From the IMG/VR virus record IMGVR_UViG_3300045988_103585: DNA of 40,036 bases. One strand, written 5' to 3'. The number at the start of each line of letters is the position of its first letter. The stretch's first letter is position 1. The notes below the pieces were generated by a model. That model was not told where the DNA came from, made no database searches, and worked only from the letters and a program-made list of their open reading frames with translations. Positions 29,018 to 39,087 of the stretch are shown here, piece after piece. This DNA is from a virus. The position numbers and the translations under genes were made by a program.

Positions 29018-30403
29018 CTATCTCACCTCAATCTTTACTTTTAATACTTCTTCTAATGGGGCAAACGTCATTGATACTTTTCCGTTCGTTACAGAAACAG
29101 TTTCCGGTGCAACCTTATACTTATTCGTATAAATATCAATGGTTGAATTTTCTGTGATTGCTGTATTCTGAAACGCAATACTTGTACCGCCGACTGGAAT
29201 CGTTCCAATATTGACACTCGGCACCCTTGCTTTTTTATTCAACTCTGCCGTTGTGTCATTCGGAAGTTTTGAAACTTTGTTCTTGTCTGTCGTTGTGTAA
29301 TCGTTAGAAGACAATGCTTTTCCGTCTTCCTTATCAACTTTATTGCCCAATTCCGTATTCGTATTTTCTGGAAGATTATCCACCTTAGACTTATCGGTAT
29401 TGTTATAATTATTCGCAGACAATCCCATTCCATCGACTTTGTCTACCTTTGTGTCAAGACCGGCTTTCAGTTGAGAAGTCGTTGCATAATCTCCGCCAGA
29501 TGCCTCTCTTGCCTGTTCCATGTAATACTTGGCGTTGTCAACATCTTCACCCTCTCTTGTTCCTGTGCCGCCTTTTGTATAGGACTGCGCCAAAATAGCG
29601 GAATTGTCTGCCGCGTTTGCTCTCTGATTTGCTATCGTTGCGGCGTTCCCTGCGCTTGTTGCGCTTTCCGAAGCCGCATCTTTCGAAGCCGCAGCGGATT
29701 CTGAATAGCCCTTAGCGGACTGCTCAAATGTGCTTGCGTTATTTGCGCTTGCCTCTGCCGCTGTCGCACTTCCCGCCGCTGAATTTGCGCTTCCTGCCGC
29801 CGCAGAAACATATCCCTCTAAGGTTGATACTGCCGCAAGCGACAAATGGTCTAGTGTGATAGAGTTCGGTTTCACACTGATGATTACAGAATATTTCGGG
29901 TCTTCCGTAACGGCAATCGTATCGGAGTTATTAAAGGTGTATACGTTCAGTAATGATGTGACATCGGTTTGCGTATAGGTCCCGTCTTGGTTCGTGATTC
30001 TTAAATACGTCTTTCCGTCAATCTCAATCAACTCAAAGCTTGCAGGGATTTTTTCAAGGTCGGTATCAATTTCAGTTACAGTTCCGCTCTTTGTTGTGAT
30101 TTTGAATTTTCCGTCTCCCTTTGTGAAGTTGATGCTCTCAACTAAATCATTTGTTTCTTCGGATATCTTCGCATCAGTCTCTGCCTTTGTGTAACGCGAT
30201 GCGATATCATCTGCGATGCTGTCAAGCCCAAGAGTTATCAATAAATCGACTAGCGCATTGTGCTTATCCATATTCAGCTGCGGAAATTTATCAAAAGCGT
30301 CCTTGTTCTGCTCTACGGTTCCGTTTAATCTTCGCCCGGGATTGGACTTGACATATGCAGCGTTCCGCTCGCTTTGAAGTATTTTTACGTCAGATAGTGC
30401 CAT
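29018..30403 (-). CDS. Tail fibre protein
   Basis: An Ala/Ser-rich heptad-like stretch and a tandem motif KVDK.DG..LS.N.Y...DK.KV..LP. Confidence 0.65.
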   Translation of the reverse strand: MALSDVKILQSERNAAYVKSNPGRRLNGTVEQNKDAFDKFPQLNMDKHNALVDLLITLGLDSIADDIASRYTKAETDAKISEETNDLVESINFTKGDGKFKITTKSGTVTEIDTDLEKIPASFELIEIDGKTYLRITNQDGTYTQTDVTSLLNVYTFNNSDTIAVTEDPKYSVIISVKPNSITLDHLSLAAVSTLEGYVSAAAGSANSAAGSATAAEASANNASTFEQSAKGYSESAAASKDAASESATSAGNAATIANQRANAADNSAILAQSYTKGGTGTREGEDVDNAKYYMEQAREASGGDYATTSQLKAGLDTKVDKVDGMGLSANNYNNTDKSKVDNLPENTNTELGNKVDKEDGKALSSNDYTTTDKNKVSKLPNDTTAELNKKARVPSVNIGTIPVGGTSIAFQNTAITENSTIDIYTNKYKVAPETVSVTNGKVSMTFAPLEEVLKVKIEVR

Positions 30404-30406
30404 GCT

Positions 30407-32485
30407 CTACCCCCTGTTCTTACTAAAATTGCCTACTGTGTAGGTCTTTGTTATCTTTAGAATCCCAAACGGTTCATAAATCGTGTTGTTTTCAACCACA
30501 ATCTGAAGCCGCTTGTACTTCTTTACTTTCTTATTGAAAAAATCGTCCTGTGCTGTTTCATTGCTGCTGAATGTGAATCGTTCAAAATCGACCGGATCCC
30601 ATGAGAAAATGTCAGCATAGAATATTCCAAGCTTGTTTTCTCTTTCTCCATCAGCAATCAGCGTGACTTCCGCAGACGTTCTATCATATGGCAACAACGT
30701 GAGCATAGTTCCTTTTTTATTTAGTGTCTTGAAATACTGCGGCATACCATCATCGTCTAGCGTAGTAGCCCATCTGCATGGGATCGCGACACCGTCTGTG
30801 AGTATCTTTTCTCCTAATGTTGTTGTGCTCAATACCCCGTCGTCACAATACGCGGTCTTATCTTGGATGTCTGTATTGAATTTACATAGAACACCGTCTG
30901 CGGTGCCAAACCACAACTCGTTTTCGTAAACATGGAAACAAGTCGCGGGTATGTTATCCCAATAGTAGCACTCATACGAATAATTTGTTGTATTGTTTGT
31001 ATCATTTGCCCTTTGCCGCCCATCTAGCACATACGCGTGATTATTGACAGCCAAAATGTAATACCGTTTCCACACGATAGCACAAGCCTGCTCTAGGTTC
31101 TTCTCCGCTATCAACTGCTTGTCAATGTAGTATGAGCGGTTTCTCAGTACGTTGTCAGTCGTTGCAAACACATTTGTGATTGCAAAGATTCCGTTCCGCG
31201 TGAGAAACAGCGGGTCGTCACCCAATGATGCAAATGTCTTTGGCGCGATACCGCCCTCTCCACCCATTGTCGGCTTGACAGCGAAAAACGTCTCTCCGTT
31301 TAACGTCTGTCCATATGCCAAATATACCGTTGTCTCTGTGTTGGCATCACCTTTTACAACAGCTAGGTACGATGAGTATGTGTGAAGACCTACAATATCA
31401 TTGCCATCTTGACCGGCTACAAAGTAATTGTTGTCTGGCCAATAAGTAGGGTCCTTGATGCCTGTGTAGTAAACCCTGTTTTTATTCACGCCGCCTACAG
31501 CAAAAATTCTATCTGTTGTAGAATATCCGTAGGCTTTTGTGATAAAGGTCTTTAATAGGTCAACTCTTGCTTCTTTGTACTGCCCTTTATGTATGACTGT
31601 CTCAACTCCGTTGACAGTCTCTTTGTGGTCTTCTTTTGCGTCAAAATTCTCAAATGTGATCTTGACGTTGTCTTGTCCTACAATAACCGGTGCATGCACA
31701 GCCTTAAACGTGATTTTAGGCGCGCATACAGTAAAGTCCACAGTGTTTCCGAGTACGTCTCTGCCCTTTAATACTTTTGTCTCACCGATAGTGTAGTCTG
31801 TGTCTTTCGCTTTGACCTCAAATTCTCCGTCAGCGTTCATAACCTCGACTTTGATAGAATCGGCTACGATGTACTTGTAAAAGTCGCTGTCAGCCAATTT
31901 TTGAGGCACAAGGGAATAATCTTTTGCTGAACTATTTCCTAAAAACGAGAATGTTCGTTTCGGCGTCAAAAGATTGACGCCCTCAAGAGCCACACCGCCT
32001 GTTCCGTCCGGATTTCTTGATATGGACGCATCCGGAATCTTTGCTGTGCCTGCGGCTATAACGTCCTCTGCCGCTAGGTCTTTGAATTTATACAGCTTCG
32101 CATTACAGAACGAATATACGGTATCATCAAAAAGAAACAGGTCAGCGCGATCTAATTTATCGTACGAAACTAACGTAACAATCGTTTCAACACCATTCTT
32201 ATCATAAATCGCATAGATGCCCTTGGCTGCAATTACATACTTCACAGAGCCGACTTTTTCTTTGTGCAGCATAATCTTTTCGATTTTCCCTGCGTTCGGA
32301 ATTGTCGTGACTTTTCTCCATCCGGTACGTTTAATCGGATTCCCGCCGTTATCGGATATTAGATTTACCATATCCGGACTTCTGCGCCTGTTTACTTCTG
32401 TACGGTCTCTCGAAAAATCCGCGCCTCTTAGATTTTCATAATATGTATGCTTGTAAGCCGGCTGTGCAGGTATTTTTAGCTTCAT
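30407..32485 (-). CDS. Large tail structural protein (692 aa; nozzle or tail-hub candidate)
   Basis: Position after the adaptor. ATGA overlap at 32482-32485. Trimmed from track ORF 30407..32530. Confidence 0.5.
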   Translation of the reverse strand: MKLKIPAQPAYKHTYYENLRGADFSRDRTEVNRRRSPDMVNLISDNGGNPIKRTGWRKVTTIPNAGKIEKIMLHKEKVGSVKYVIAAKGIYAIYDKNGVETIVTLVSYDKLDRADLFLFDDTVYSFCNAKLYKFKDLAAEDVIAAGTAKIPDASISRNPDGTGGVALEGVNLLTPKRTFSFLGNSSAKDYSLVPQKLADSDFYKYIVADSIKVEVMNADGEFEVKAKDTDYTIGETKVLKGRDVLGNTVDFTVCAPKITFKAVHAPVIVGQDNVKITFENFDAKEDHKETVNGVETVIHKGQYKEARVDLLKTFITKAYGYSTTDRIFAVGGVNKNRVYYTGIKDPTYWPDNNYFVAGQDGNDIVGLHTYSSYLAVVKGDANTETTVYLAYGQTLNGETFFAVKPTMGGEGGIAPKTFASLGDDPLFLTRNGIFAITNVFATTDNVLRNRSYYIDKQLIAEKNLEQACAIVWKRYYILAVNNHAYVLDGRQRANDTNNTTNYSYECYYWDNIPATCFHVYENELWFGTADGVLCKFNTDIQDKTAYCDDGVLSTTTLGEKILTDGVAIPCRWATTLDDDGMPQYFKTLNKKGTMLTLLPYDRTSAEVTLIADGERENKLGIFYADIFSWDPVDFERFTFSSNETAQDDFFNKKVKKYKRLQIVVENNTIYEPFGILKITKTYTVGNFSKNRG

Positions 32486-32901
32486 AATCTCAACCCCTGT
32501 CCGATGGTGATTCTCCTTGTCGAATAACATGATTGCTTGATCTGATTCATCAAATCGTCATATCCATTGTAGTATAACGTCGCTTTCGACAAATCGTCGT
32601 CAAGCCACACATAATGCGCTGCCAGAAGTTTGATTAAAGGCTGAACAATAATCGGCAGCTGAATCTCGAAATCATCTTCTGTATCTTCCGTAATATCTGT
32701 TATCACTGGAAGCGTCCATTCTTCCTCATCGGTCGATAATTCTGCCTTGAAATATGCCTTTAATGGCATGACTACCGTCGTATTGATTACATGGATTGCA
32801 TGGTTCGTAGCGTTTCTCACAATAGACGCATACTCTTCCATTGCAGAATCGTCCTCAAAGCCAAGGTCTCGAATCTGTTTTTTTATTTCGCCCCACGTCA
32901 T
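32482..32901 (-). CDS. Head-tail adaptor/connector candidate (139 aa)
   Basis: Size, acidic character and position after the capsid genes. Confidence 0.4.
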   Translation of the reverse strand: MTWGEIKKQIRDLGFEDDSAMEEYASIVRNATNHAIHVINTTVVMPLKAYFKAELSTDEEEWTLPVITDITEDTEDDFEIQLPIIVQPLIKLLAAHYVWLDDDLSKATLYYNGYDDLMNQIKQSCYSTRRITIGQGLRL

Positions 32902-32912
32902 AGCTTTCTCCT

Positions 32913-32940
32913 AAAAAACAAAGGGGGCATTTCTGCCCCC
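32913..32940 (-). terminator. Rho-independent (probably leaky) terminator after the capsid genes
   Basis: On the minus strand: GGGGGCA-GAAA-TGCCCCC followed by TTTGTTTTTT. Confidence 0.7.
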
Positions 32941-32946
32941 ACTAAG

Positions 32947-33300
32947 TTACGGCAACTCAATAACGGACATAGACGCCTTTGTCGAGGACGGAACAATCAA
33001 GATGTAGTCCTTGTCCTCGCCGGATACGTTCTTGTATCTGCCATCGTCCAGTCTGATTGCCGCTGTCTTTCCTGCAGCAACCGAAAATGCGTCAAGGTCT
33101 TTTACGCCCTGAATGCCGTTTCCCTGTTTAACAGTAACAGTAACGGCAGCAGAAGCGTCCGTATTCTGCACTAAAACGACTCTTTTCCAGTCACCGTTTA
33201 CTGCCGGCACTTGAAAACCATCGGTCGTACCGGCTGTAAAGGTTAAAGTTCCCCATTCGTTAAGGGTTAATTTGTCAGATGTGATTTTTACTTTTGCCAT
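32947..33300 (-). CDS. Small beta-rich head-associated protein (117 aa; decoration candidate)
   Basis: Immediately follows the capsid gene, with RBS AGGAGG. Confidence 0.4.
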   Translation of the reverse strand: MAKVKITSDKLTLNEWGTLTFTAGTTDGFQVPAVNGDWKRVVLVQNTDASAAVTVTVKQGNGIQGVKDLDAFSVAAGKTAAIRLDDGRYKNVSGEDKDYILIVPSSTKASMSVIELP

Positions 33301-33312
33301 TTTCTATACCTC

Positions 33313-34140
33313 CTATACCCACTTGCCTACGATCAGTTCTTTCGGTCTTGCGATGATTCCATCATACAAAATGAATCCCTTGACCGCGTCGATAAACCCG
33401 TTTTCCGGTCTGTAAGGCTCGATGTGCGTCATCGGATTTACAAACGCAATCGCTCTGTTGGTCTTCAGCTGTACCATGTAGTTTCCGGAAGAATCTTTCG
33501 CGCAGTTGTTGGATTCCTTGATCGTGATACCATTGTACTTGCCCACAACGCCGTTTTTCATCATAACAGAGTTGTCGGTATCAAGGTGCACATACGCCTG
33601 TTTCAAAAGCATAACGTGTTTCGGAGGAAGCGTCAGCGTGATGTTGGACGTTCTCTTTACATCGTTTTCAAGTAATTTAACAAGCATGTTGTCGATTGTT
33701 TCAAGGATGTTGTCCTTTGTGATGGTGGTTGCCGCAGAATTGAAAACAACCGCCTGTTTGTTTAATGACATATTCGCAACAAACCTATCCATCTCGTCCG
33801 CCAAGGCTTCGGAAGTTTCCTTTGCAAGGGCTTCCATTAAGCCGCCGACCGCCTGTCTTTTATCAATATCGCCTACTCCGTAATCAAAGTATGCTGCATG
33901 ATTGATGTTAAGAGTGATAGACTGATCTGCGACCTCTTCTGGTCCGGTCAAAACAATCTTCTTACCTATCTGCGTCTTGATTGTTGGTTTACCTACGCCG
34001 AGAATTCTTACCGAATCGCCTTTCTGCTTAACTTCTCCTTCATACTGACGATTGGTGTCAGCCACGAATACATGATCTCTCTCGATGTCTCTGTTGATTG
34101 CTTCCGCCCATACTGTTGGAATAAAATTCTGATATGACAT
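33313..34140 (-). CDS. Major capsid protein (HK97-fold candidate)
   Basis: The N-terminus FIPTVWAEAINRDIERDHVFVADTNRQYEGEVKQKGDSVRI resembles a common capsid-family N-terminus. It follows the scaffold gene. Confidence 0.7.
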   Translation of the reverse strand: MSYQNFIPTVWAEAINRDIERDHVFVADTNRQYEGEVKQKGDSVRILGVGKPTIKTQIGKKIVLTGPEEVADQSITLNINHAAYFDYGVGDIDKRQAVGGLMEALAKETSEALADEMDRFVANMSLNKQAVVFNSAATTITKDNILETIDNMLVKLLENDVKRTSNITLTLPPKHVMLLKQAYVHLDTDNSVMMKNGVVGKYNGITIKESNNCAKDSSGNYMVQLKTNRAIAFVNPMTHIEPYRPENGFIDAVKGFILYDGIIARPKELIVGKWV

Positions 34141-34154
34141 TTGTTATTTCTCCT

Positions 34155-34862
34155 TTACCATTTGCTCATTGATTCGCGGATTTTGTCATAATTCGCTTTC
34201 ACTTCCGCAGGAGACATCGCTTCAACTTCCTCACGCGTGTAATAATCGCTTTGAGGCTTGTCGGCTGTTGAGACGTTCCCGATGATGGGAGGTTTCTTGG
34301 GCGTTGTGTTGCCCTTGTATGCCATCATCATTTGAAATGCCTGCTCTGCGCCCATCTCGCCCATTGGATTGAATCGGAACGCTAAATATTCCGGTCCTAA
34401 CTCGTCAATGGACTTGACTTCTGGGTGTGATTTCTGAATCTCTGCTAAATCCGCATCCATTTGTGCTTGAGCCTGCTGCTCTAATAGCTGCTGCTCTAAA
34501 TTTGCGTTTCTGTTTTGGAGTTCAGCAAGCTGCTCATGCATCTGCTGCTCTGCTCGGACTTCTTCAAGCGGTCTTTGCGTTGCGTAAGCCTGCGCCTGCA
34601 GCGACTTATCCTCACCATCAAAAAACAGCCCTAAAGCATCCTCATACTCTTTGGACTGTCTCTGTGCTTCGGCTAATTGCCGCGCAAGCTCTTCGTTGTG
34701 TCTGCGCATCTGTGCAAACGCTGCATCCTGCTCTGTTCTGACCGGTTCGGCGACTTCCGGCTCTTCTTCGCCTAAAGTTTCCACTTCGTTGTCCGGTTCG
34801 GCGACTTCCGGCTCTTCTGCGCCTAATCCCTCTTCTTGAGAGACTAAAGTTTCAAATTCCAT
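34155..34862 (-). CDS. Scaffolding protein
   Basis: Acidic, Q/E/A-rich coiled coil lying between portal and capsid. Contains the duplicated EEPEVAEP. Confidence 0.65.
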   Translation of the reverse strand: MEFETLVSQEEGLGAEEPEVAEPDNEVETLGEEEPEVAEPVRTEQDAAFAQMRRHNEELARQLAEAQRQSKEYEDALGLFFDGEDKSLQAQAYATQRPLEEVRAEQQMHEQLAELQNRNANLEQQLLEQQAQAQMDADLAEIQKSHPEVKSIDELGPEYLAFRFNPMGEMGAEQAFQMMMAYKGNTTPKKPPIIGNVSTADKPQSDYYTREEVEAMSPAEVKANYDKIRESMSKW

Positions 34863-34883
34863 ACTATTTCTCCTTTTTGAATA

Positions 34884-36554
34884 TTAAAAAACAGCCTGTT
34901 GGGCTGCTTCTTGACTGAATAATTGTTGTTGTACGAGTGCGATCGCGTCCTCTTGCGGAATTCCTTGAGACATTAAGTCAAGCACTTGTCTTGCGAAGTT
35001 TTCTCCGCTTTGTGCTTGCTGTTTCTGCATCATCGCTTCTCGCTTTGCAAGCATTGACCTTAATTGCCCTTTAGGGACCGGGCCATTGTCCGGCGCGAGG
35101 TCTGCATATTCCTCTAAGGATAACTGCTGACGGTCAAACATGTTGTCAAGCCACTGCTGATTAGAAAGCTTCGTCCACTGGTTATCCTGTGAAACGTCAA
35201 TCCTAACCGTAGGCTTCAGATCTTGCAACTGCTGTTGGTCGATTAAAGTCTGCACTTCTTCGCCCATATCGTTTGTAGAAGTTACTTGGATTCCCTCCGG
35301 ATGGTAGGCAACCCACATATCAAACCATAAGAGCGCCACATCTTCAACAAACTGCTTATACCTAGCGACATTTTCGTTTAATGTTACCTGTGCGCTGTCT
35401 CTGACTGCGATAATCGCTTGCCCTGATGCCTGTTCCGGATTGACATTACCCATAGCGTAATCACTGGCACCGGCAAGATCTTTTGTGATTTGCAATAAAT
35501 CGTTTTGCAGACTATTCGCATCGCTTGATATGTTTGTTGCGTTGAGGTAGGAAACTTGTTGTGAAACAGACTGTGCACCGCCGCCGCTTACCTCAATCGG
35601 CTTTCCGACTGTGTCTAGGTCCTCCGGATTCTGAACGGTTGAAGAATCATAAGCAATTCTAGGGAACGCACAAAGCTTGACTGTGATTGCGCGTCTTGCA
35701 GCTGTCTTATTTAACTCTAGTTGGTTTGGAATCAGTTGAGCGACTTCCGAAACGCCTCTAGCGTCATAAGGAATCGGTCTCCAGATCATTGAACAAATCG
35801 GGTACGAATGCAGTCCGGTAACGTCTCCTTGGATTGCATGCATCGGTTCGTAAATGCACTGTGCAGTAGAACGTGCGACTTTTACAATCCCGTTCTCTTT
35901 TGTCATGTAAAGAAGCGATGTAACCTTATTGGAAACCTCATAGTTATTCAATATGACACCATCGTTTGCATTTGAATTGTCGTCTCCTACAATCAGTTCG
36001 ATGTCTTTTTTCGAAATACCGTTATCCTTTGCAATTTTTCTGACCGCCTCAACCTCTAATCTCTCTCGAATGATGATAAACGGCTGTTCTTGAAGATCTG
36101 TTATATTCTCATCTCCAAGCAAGATCGATGTGTTCGGCAGAATCTTCGGCGGCATATCGGTTCTGTCACTTCCCCAATACGCATAGGCGTCTCCTTGGAT
36201 TGCTGCTGCATTGATTAAATCCCACGTTTTGGAATCCATTTTGGATTTTTCCCAGTTCTTCGCGAAGTTTTGGTTCAGAAGTTCGTATATCGGCTGTAAA
36301 TCGCCTCTGTTCTCAATATCAGAGTATTTAGCTGTCATGGAGTTTTGCGAAACGACAGAAACCTTGTACTGAACAATCGGCAGGATAAAATTGAAAATCG
36401 GAAGCTCTTCGCCTCCGGTGTTACATCCGACCCACTGATTGCCAATATAGAAGTTCCAGTTTCGCTCTGTTTTCTTGACAAGCCCTTTTTTATCAAGATA
36501 ATCTTTGCATTTTTGGTACTTTTGCCATATTTTGGTGTAAACTTTATCTTGCAT
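34884..36554 (-). CDS. Portal protein
   Basis: Size (556 aa) and position after TerL and before the scaffold. Confidence 0.7.
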   Translation of the reverse strand: MQDKVYTKIWQKYQKCKDYLDKKGLVKKTERNWNFYIGNQWVGCNTGGEELPIFNFILPIVQYKVSVVSQNSMTAKYSDIENRGDLQPIYELLNQNFAKNWEKSKMDSKTWDLINAAAIQGDAYAYWGSDRTDMPPKILPNTSILLGDENITDLQEQPFIIIRERLEVEAVRKIAKDNGISKKDIELIVGDDNSNANDGVILNNYEVSNKVTSLLYMTKENGIVKVARSTAQCIYEPMHAIQGDVTGLHSYPICSMIWRPIPYDARGVSEVAQLIPNQLELNKTAARRAITVKLCAFPRIAYDSSTVQNPEDLDTVGKPIEVSGGGAQSVSQQVSYLNATNISSDANSLQNDLLQITKDLAGASDYAMGNVNPEQASGQAIIAVRDSAQVTLNENVARYKQFVEDVALLWFDMWVAYHPEGIQVTSTNDMGEEVQTLIDQQQLQDLKPTVRIDVSQDNQWTKLSNQQWLDNMFDRQQLSLEEYADLAPDNGPVPKGQLRSMLAKREAMMQKQQAQSGENFARQVLDLMSQGIPQEDAIALVQQQLFSQEAAQQAVF

Positions 36555-36806
36555 TTATAACTCCTTTTGCCCTTTGGAGGAACCGTCATAGTTTTCGATG
36601 TTCTCAAGTAATGTGTTGAGTCGACTCCGTTTTTCTGCGGCTTTTTTGTTTTCCTTGGCTCTTTCAATCTTCTGCATCGGCGTTTCCAGCTTGATTTCCG
36701 GCTTGTTTGTCTCTCTTGCACCGATGTTATAGCCCTTTATAAAGCAAAAGACGCTCAAAATCGGCGTCAGTACGGCTAAAATTAGAATTGTAATGTCAGA
36801 TAACAT
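36555..36806 (-). CDS. Small membrane-anchored protein (83 aa)
   Basis: N-terminal TM helix ITILILAVLTPILSVFCFI. Overlaps the TerL stop. Confidence 0.5.
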   Translation of the reverse strand: MLSDITILILAVLTPILSVFCFIKGYNIGARETNKPEIKLETPMQKIERAKENKKAAEKRSRLNTLLENIENYDGSSKGQKEL

Positions 36807-38253
36807 GAATTTTGTCTCCTTTGTCGAATCTTTTCCCTTTTTTACGCTTTAGCCCAGGGAAATTTCGCTCTAAAAACGATTCTTCTTTAATTTTTATCAC
36901 TTTTGCGTCAGAATAAATGAATTTATTTAGAATCTGCGACATGCAGTCTACTTGGTCGTCGTGCTTTCCGTTCGGAAACGCCGCGCATTCCTCGACAAAG
37001 TCTCCGGTAAACGGTTTATTCTTCGGCAAAAAGCAGTTTCCGCTCTCAATCGTACCGATTACGGCATTGACACGAGAAACTTTTCCGCCGTCCGGATTGA
37101 CTGCGATTATCCCGCCCATATGCGTCCTCAAATACTTCACAATCGCAGAACCATTTGCCTTGTCCTCGATGTAGGTTGTCTTGCACATAGGATACATGCC
37201 CCTCAACCTTGTAATCTCTCGTATCGTGGACGGCATATCAAGGTGTTTTTTCACTGCGTCAATCAAGTAAAGGTCAGCATTTGTCTTTCCCCAAACTTGA
37301 ATTGCCACAAAGTCGTTGTCGTCTCCGTCTTTGAACGCAGCGTCAACGCTCATCGCCATTTTTTCAATGTGTGGTAAGGTCTCGTAATACTGCCACCACT
37401 CACGCTTGATTATGTTGCCCTCAAGCCCTGTTGGATGCCCTTGGAATAATGCGTTCCATGCTCTTGAACCGCTCAAGCTAGTGTAGGACTTCTTGAAGTC
37501 GGCAAGCCAAACATTGTCCTTGCCGATCTCCGGACACAAAGCGTCTCCAACTTTTCTGCCTAAAATATCATCCGGCTCTGCCTCAAGCGGGATATTGACA
37601 ACCTTGACATTCTGTTCTGTCTCAATCAGTCTTCCGGCTAAATCGTCCTCATGCCAGCGCGTCATAATCACAATGATTTTGGCACCGGCATATAGTCTTG
37701 TCTTATACGACGAAAGCCACTCATCAAATACTCGATTACGATAACTTTCGGAATCTGCCTCTTGCTGTGTCTTTACCGGGTCATCAATAATCATGAGGTC
37801 GCATCGACGACCAGTTACACCGGACAAAAGTCCTCTGCTTACCATGCCGCCCCTATGCCCTTCAAGTTCAAACTCTGTCGCATTGGCAGGTGAACCGATT
37901 TTCACTCCAAAAACCTCACCGCCAAACTCTTTTATCTTCTGAAGGTTCCTTCGACCGAATTTCTGCGCGAAATCTTCAGAGTAGGAAATCTCGATCACTG
38001 ATTTTTCGGGGTTTCTACCAAGATACCAACTTGGAAGCGTCTCCGTCACTGTAACAGACTTACCATGCTGCGGGGGTGTAGACAAAATTAAGATGTCATA
38101 CGCATGCCCGGTGTCCTCTTCCAGAAAATCTTGCACCGTATCGCACAAAAAACGGTGGAATTTGCTCACTTTATAGCCGTTATTGGTGTGTTTTACATAT
38201 GCGCAGTAATCCGTCCTTAAAACGTCTCTATAGAGCCTCAAAACATCATTCAT
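36796..38253 (-). CDS. terL: Terminase large subunit
   Basis: Walker A-like STPPQHGKS, Walker B-like CDLMIIDDP, and C-terminal nuclease acidic residues (FPNGKHDDQVD). Confidence 0.85.
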   Translation of the reverse strand: MNDVLRLYRDVLRTDYCAYVKHTNNGYKVSKFHRFLCDTVQDFLEEDTGHAYDILILSTPPQHGKSVTVTETLPSWYLGRNPEKSVIEISYSEDFAQKFGRRNLQKIKEFGGEVFGVKIGSPANATEFELEGHRGGMVSRGLLSGVTGRRCDLMIIDDPVKTQQEADSESYRNRVFDEWLSSYKTRLYAGAKIIVIMTRWHEDDLAGRLIETEQNVKVVNIPLEAEPDDILGRKVGDALCPEIGKDNVWLADFKKSYTSLSGSRAWNALFQGHPTGLEGNIIKREWWQYYETLPHIEKMAMSVDAAFKDGDDNDFVAIQVWGKTNADLYLIDAVKKHLDMPSTIREITRLRGMYPMCKTTYIEDKANGSAIVKYLRTHMGGIIAVNPDGGKVSRVNAVIGTIESGNCFLPKNKPFTGDFVEECAAFPNGKHDDQVDCMSQILNKFIYSDAKVIKIKEESFLERNFPGLKRKKGKRFDKGDKIHVI

Positions 38254-38956
38254 TTTTCGCCTCTAATAGTCTTGGTCTTGAATATCCGAGTTCCTCCAAA
38301 TTCTTTTTCGCCTCATCAACACTGGATGTATCCTCAACCTTTACCACCCTGTCTTCTCGCTTATCCGCCCAATCGCATAAATTCTTTAAGGTGAATATCG
38401 CACTGGATGTGTTATAGGCACCCACTAGAGCCCCGTCACTTAACAGATCTCCTAGCATAGATTTATATTCGCTCTCCTGCGATTGGCTCATATTCGCTAG
38501 GTGGTCCCGCATGGACCTCCTAGAAATGCCCAGCCACATCGCTAGGTTTGTAACGTTCGGCACAATCGGCATTACGCCTGTTTCTCCATCCGGTCTCTTA
38601 AACTCTTTCACGAAATTGTGCTTTCGGATATATGCACAAAATCCCTCAAACGCAGTCAATATCTCGTCGCAGCTTTCAAATATCTTTTTTTGAAGCGGTT
38701 CTAAATTATCCCTCATAGAGTAAATATAGCCCCACATCGCTTTCGCTTCTTTCGTGAGGTCTTTATCCTCTAGGTTTAATGGGTTCGGTCTAGCTTGATC
38801 ATACTGCTTATAAAGCTGGTCTGCTCTACGAATCGCTTTCTTCGCATACGCGGCCTTGTTCTTCTCTTTGATCTGCGGTCTTACATGCGGAACAAACGGT
38901 TGAACAACCAGTTCATCATTCCTTGGTCTGCCCCTCTTTCTCTTTTCATCAGCCAT
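38246..38956 (-). CDS. terS: Terminase small subunit candidate
   Basis: Basic N-terminus KRKRGRPRND and an HTH-like NLAMWLGISRRSMRDHL, directly upstream of terL. ATG at 38956 behind AGAGGTG. The track ORF starts 7 codons earlier. Confidence 0.6.
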   Translation of the reverse strand: MADEKRKRGRPRNDELVVQPFVPHVRPQIKEKNKAAYAKKAIRRADQLYKQYDQARPNPLNLEDKDLTKEAKAMWGYIYSMRDNLEPLQKKIFESCDEILTAFEGFCAYIRKHNFVKEFKRPDGETGVMPIVPNVTNLAMWLGISRRSMRDHLANMSQSQESEYKSMLGDLLSDGALVGAYNTSSAIFTLKNLCDWADKREDRVVKVEDTSSVDEAKKNLEELGYSRPRLLEAKNE

Positions 38957-39087
38957 TTTGCACCTCTTTTCAGTCATTTTGTATATTTATGCACAATTTT
39001 CGGATACTTGCCCGAGGAATCGTGATACTTTTATTCATTTTTGTGTATAATTCTATTATTTTTTCGGTACTTACACTGCTTTTGACT

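Noticed and set aside
28061-30403. A diversity-generating retroelement acting on the fibre or Kelch genes.
   Set aside because: - There is no reverse-transcriptase ORF anywhere in the window.
- I saw no template/variable repeat pair.
33298-33315. Programmed read-through fusing the capsid protein to the downstream 117-aa protein (same frame, TAG GAG GTA TAG AAA ATG).
   Set aside because: - Two TAG stops in tandem occur within five codons.
- The intervening bases form the canonical RBS AGGAGG for the next gene.
- The shared frame is most simply coincidence.
36335-36721. A minus-strand 128-aa ORF overlapping the portal start and the 83-aa membrane-protein gene in another frame. Similar alternate-frame ORFs are 9889..10176 inside ssb and 21508..21723 inside the endolysin.
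   Set aside because: - They are alternate frames of genes with clear domain signatures.
- Their sequences are highly basic or low-complexity.
- They have no independent RBS.
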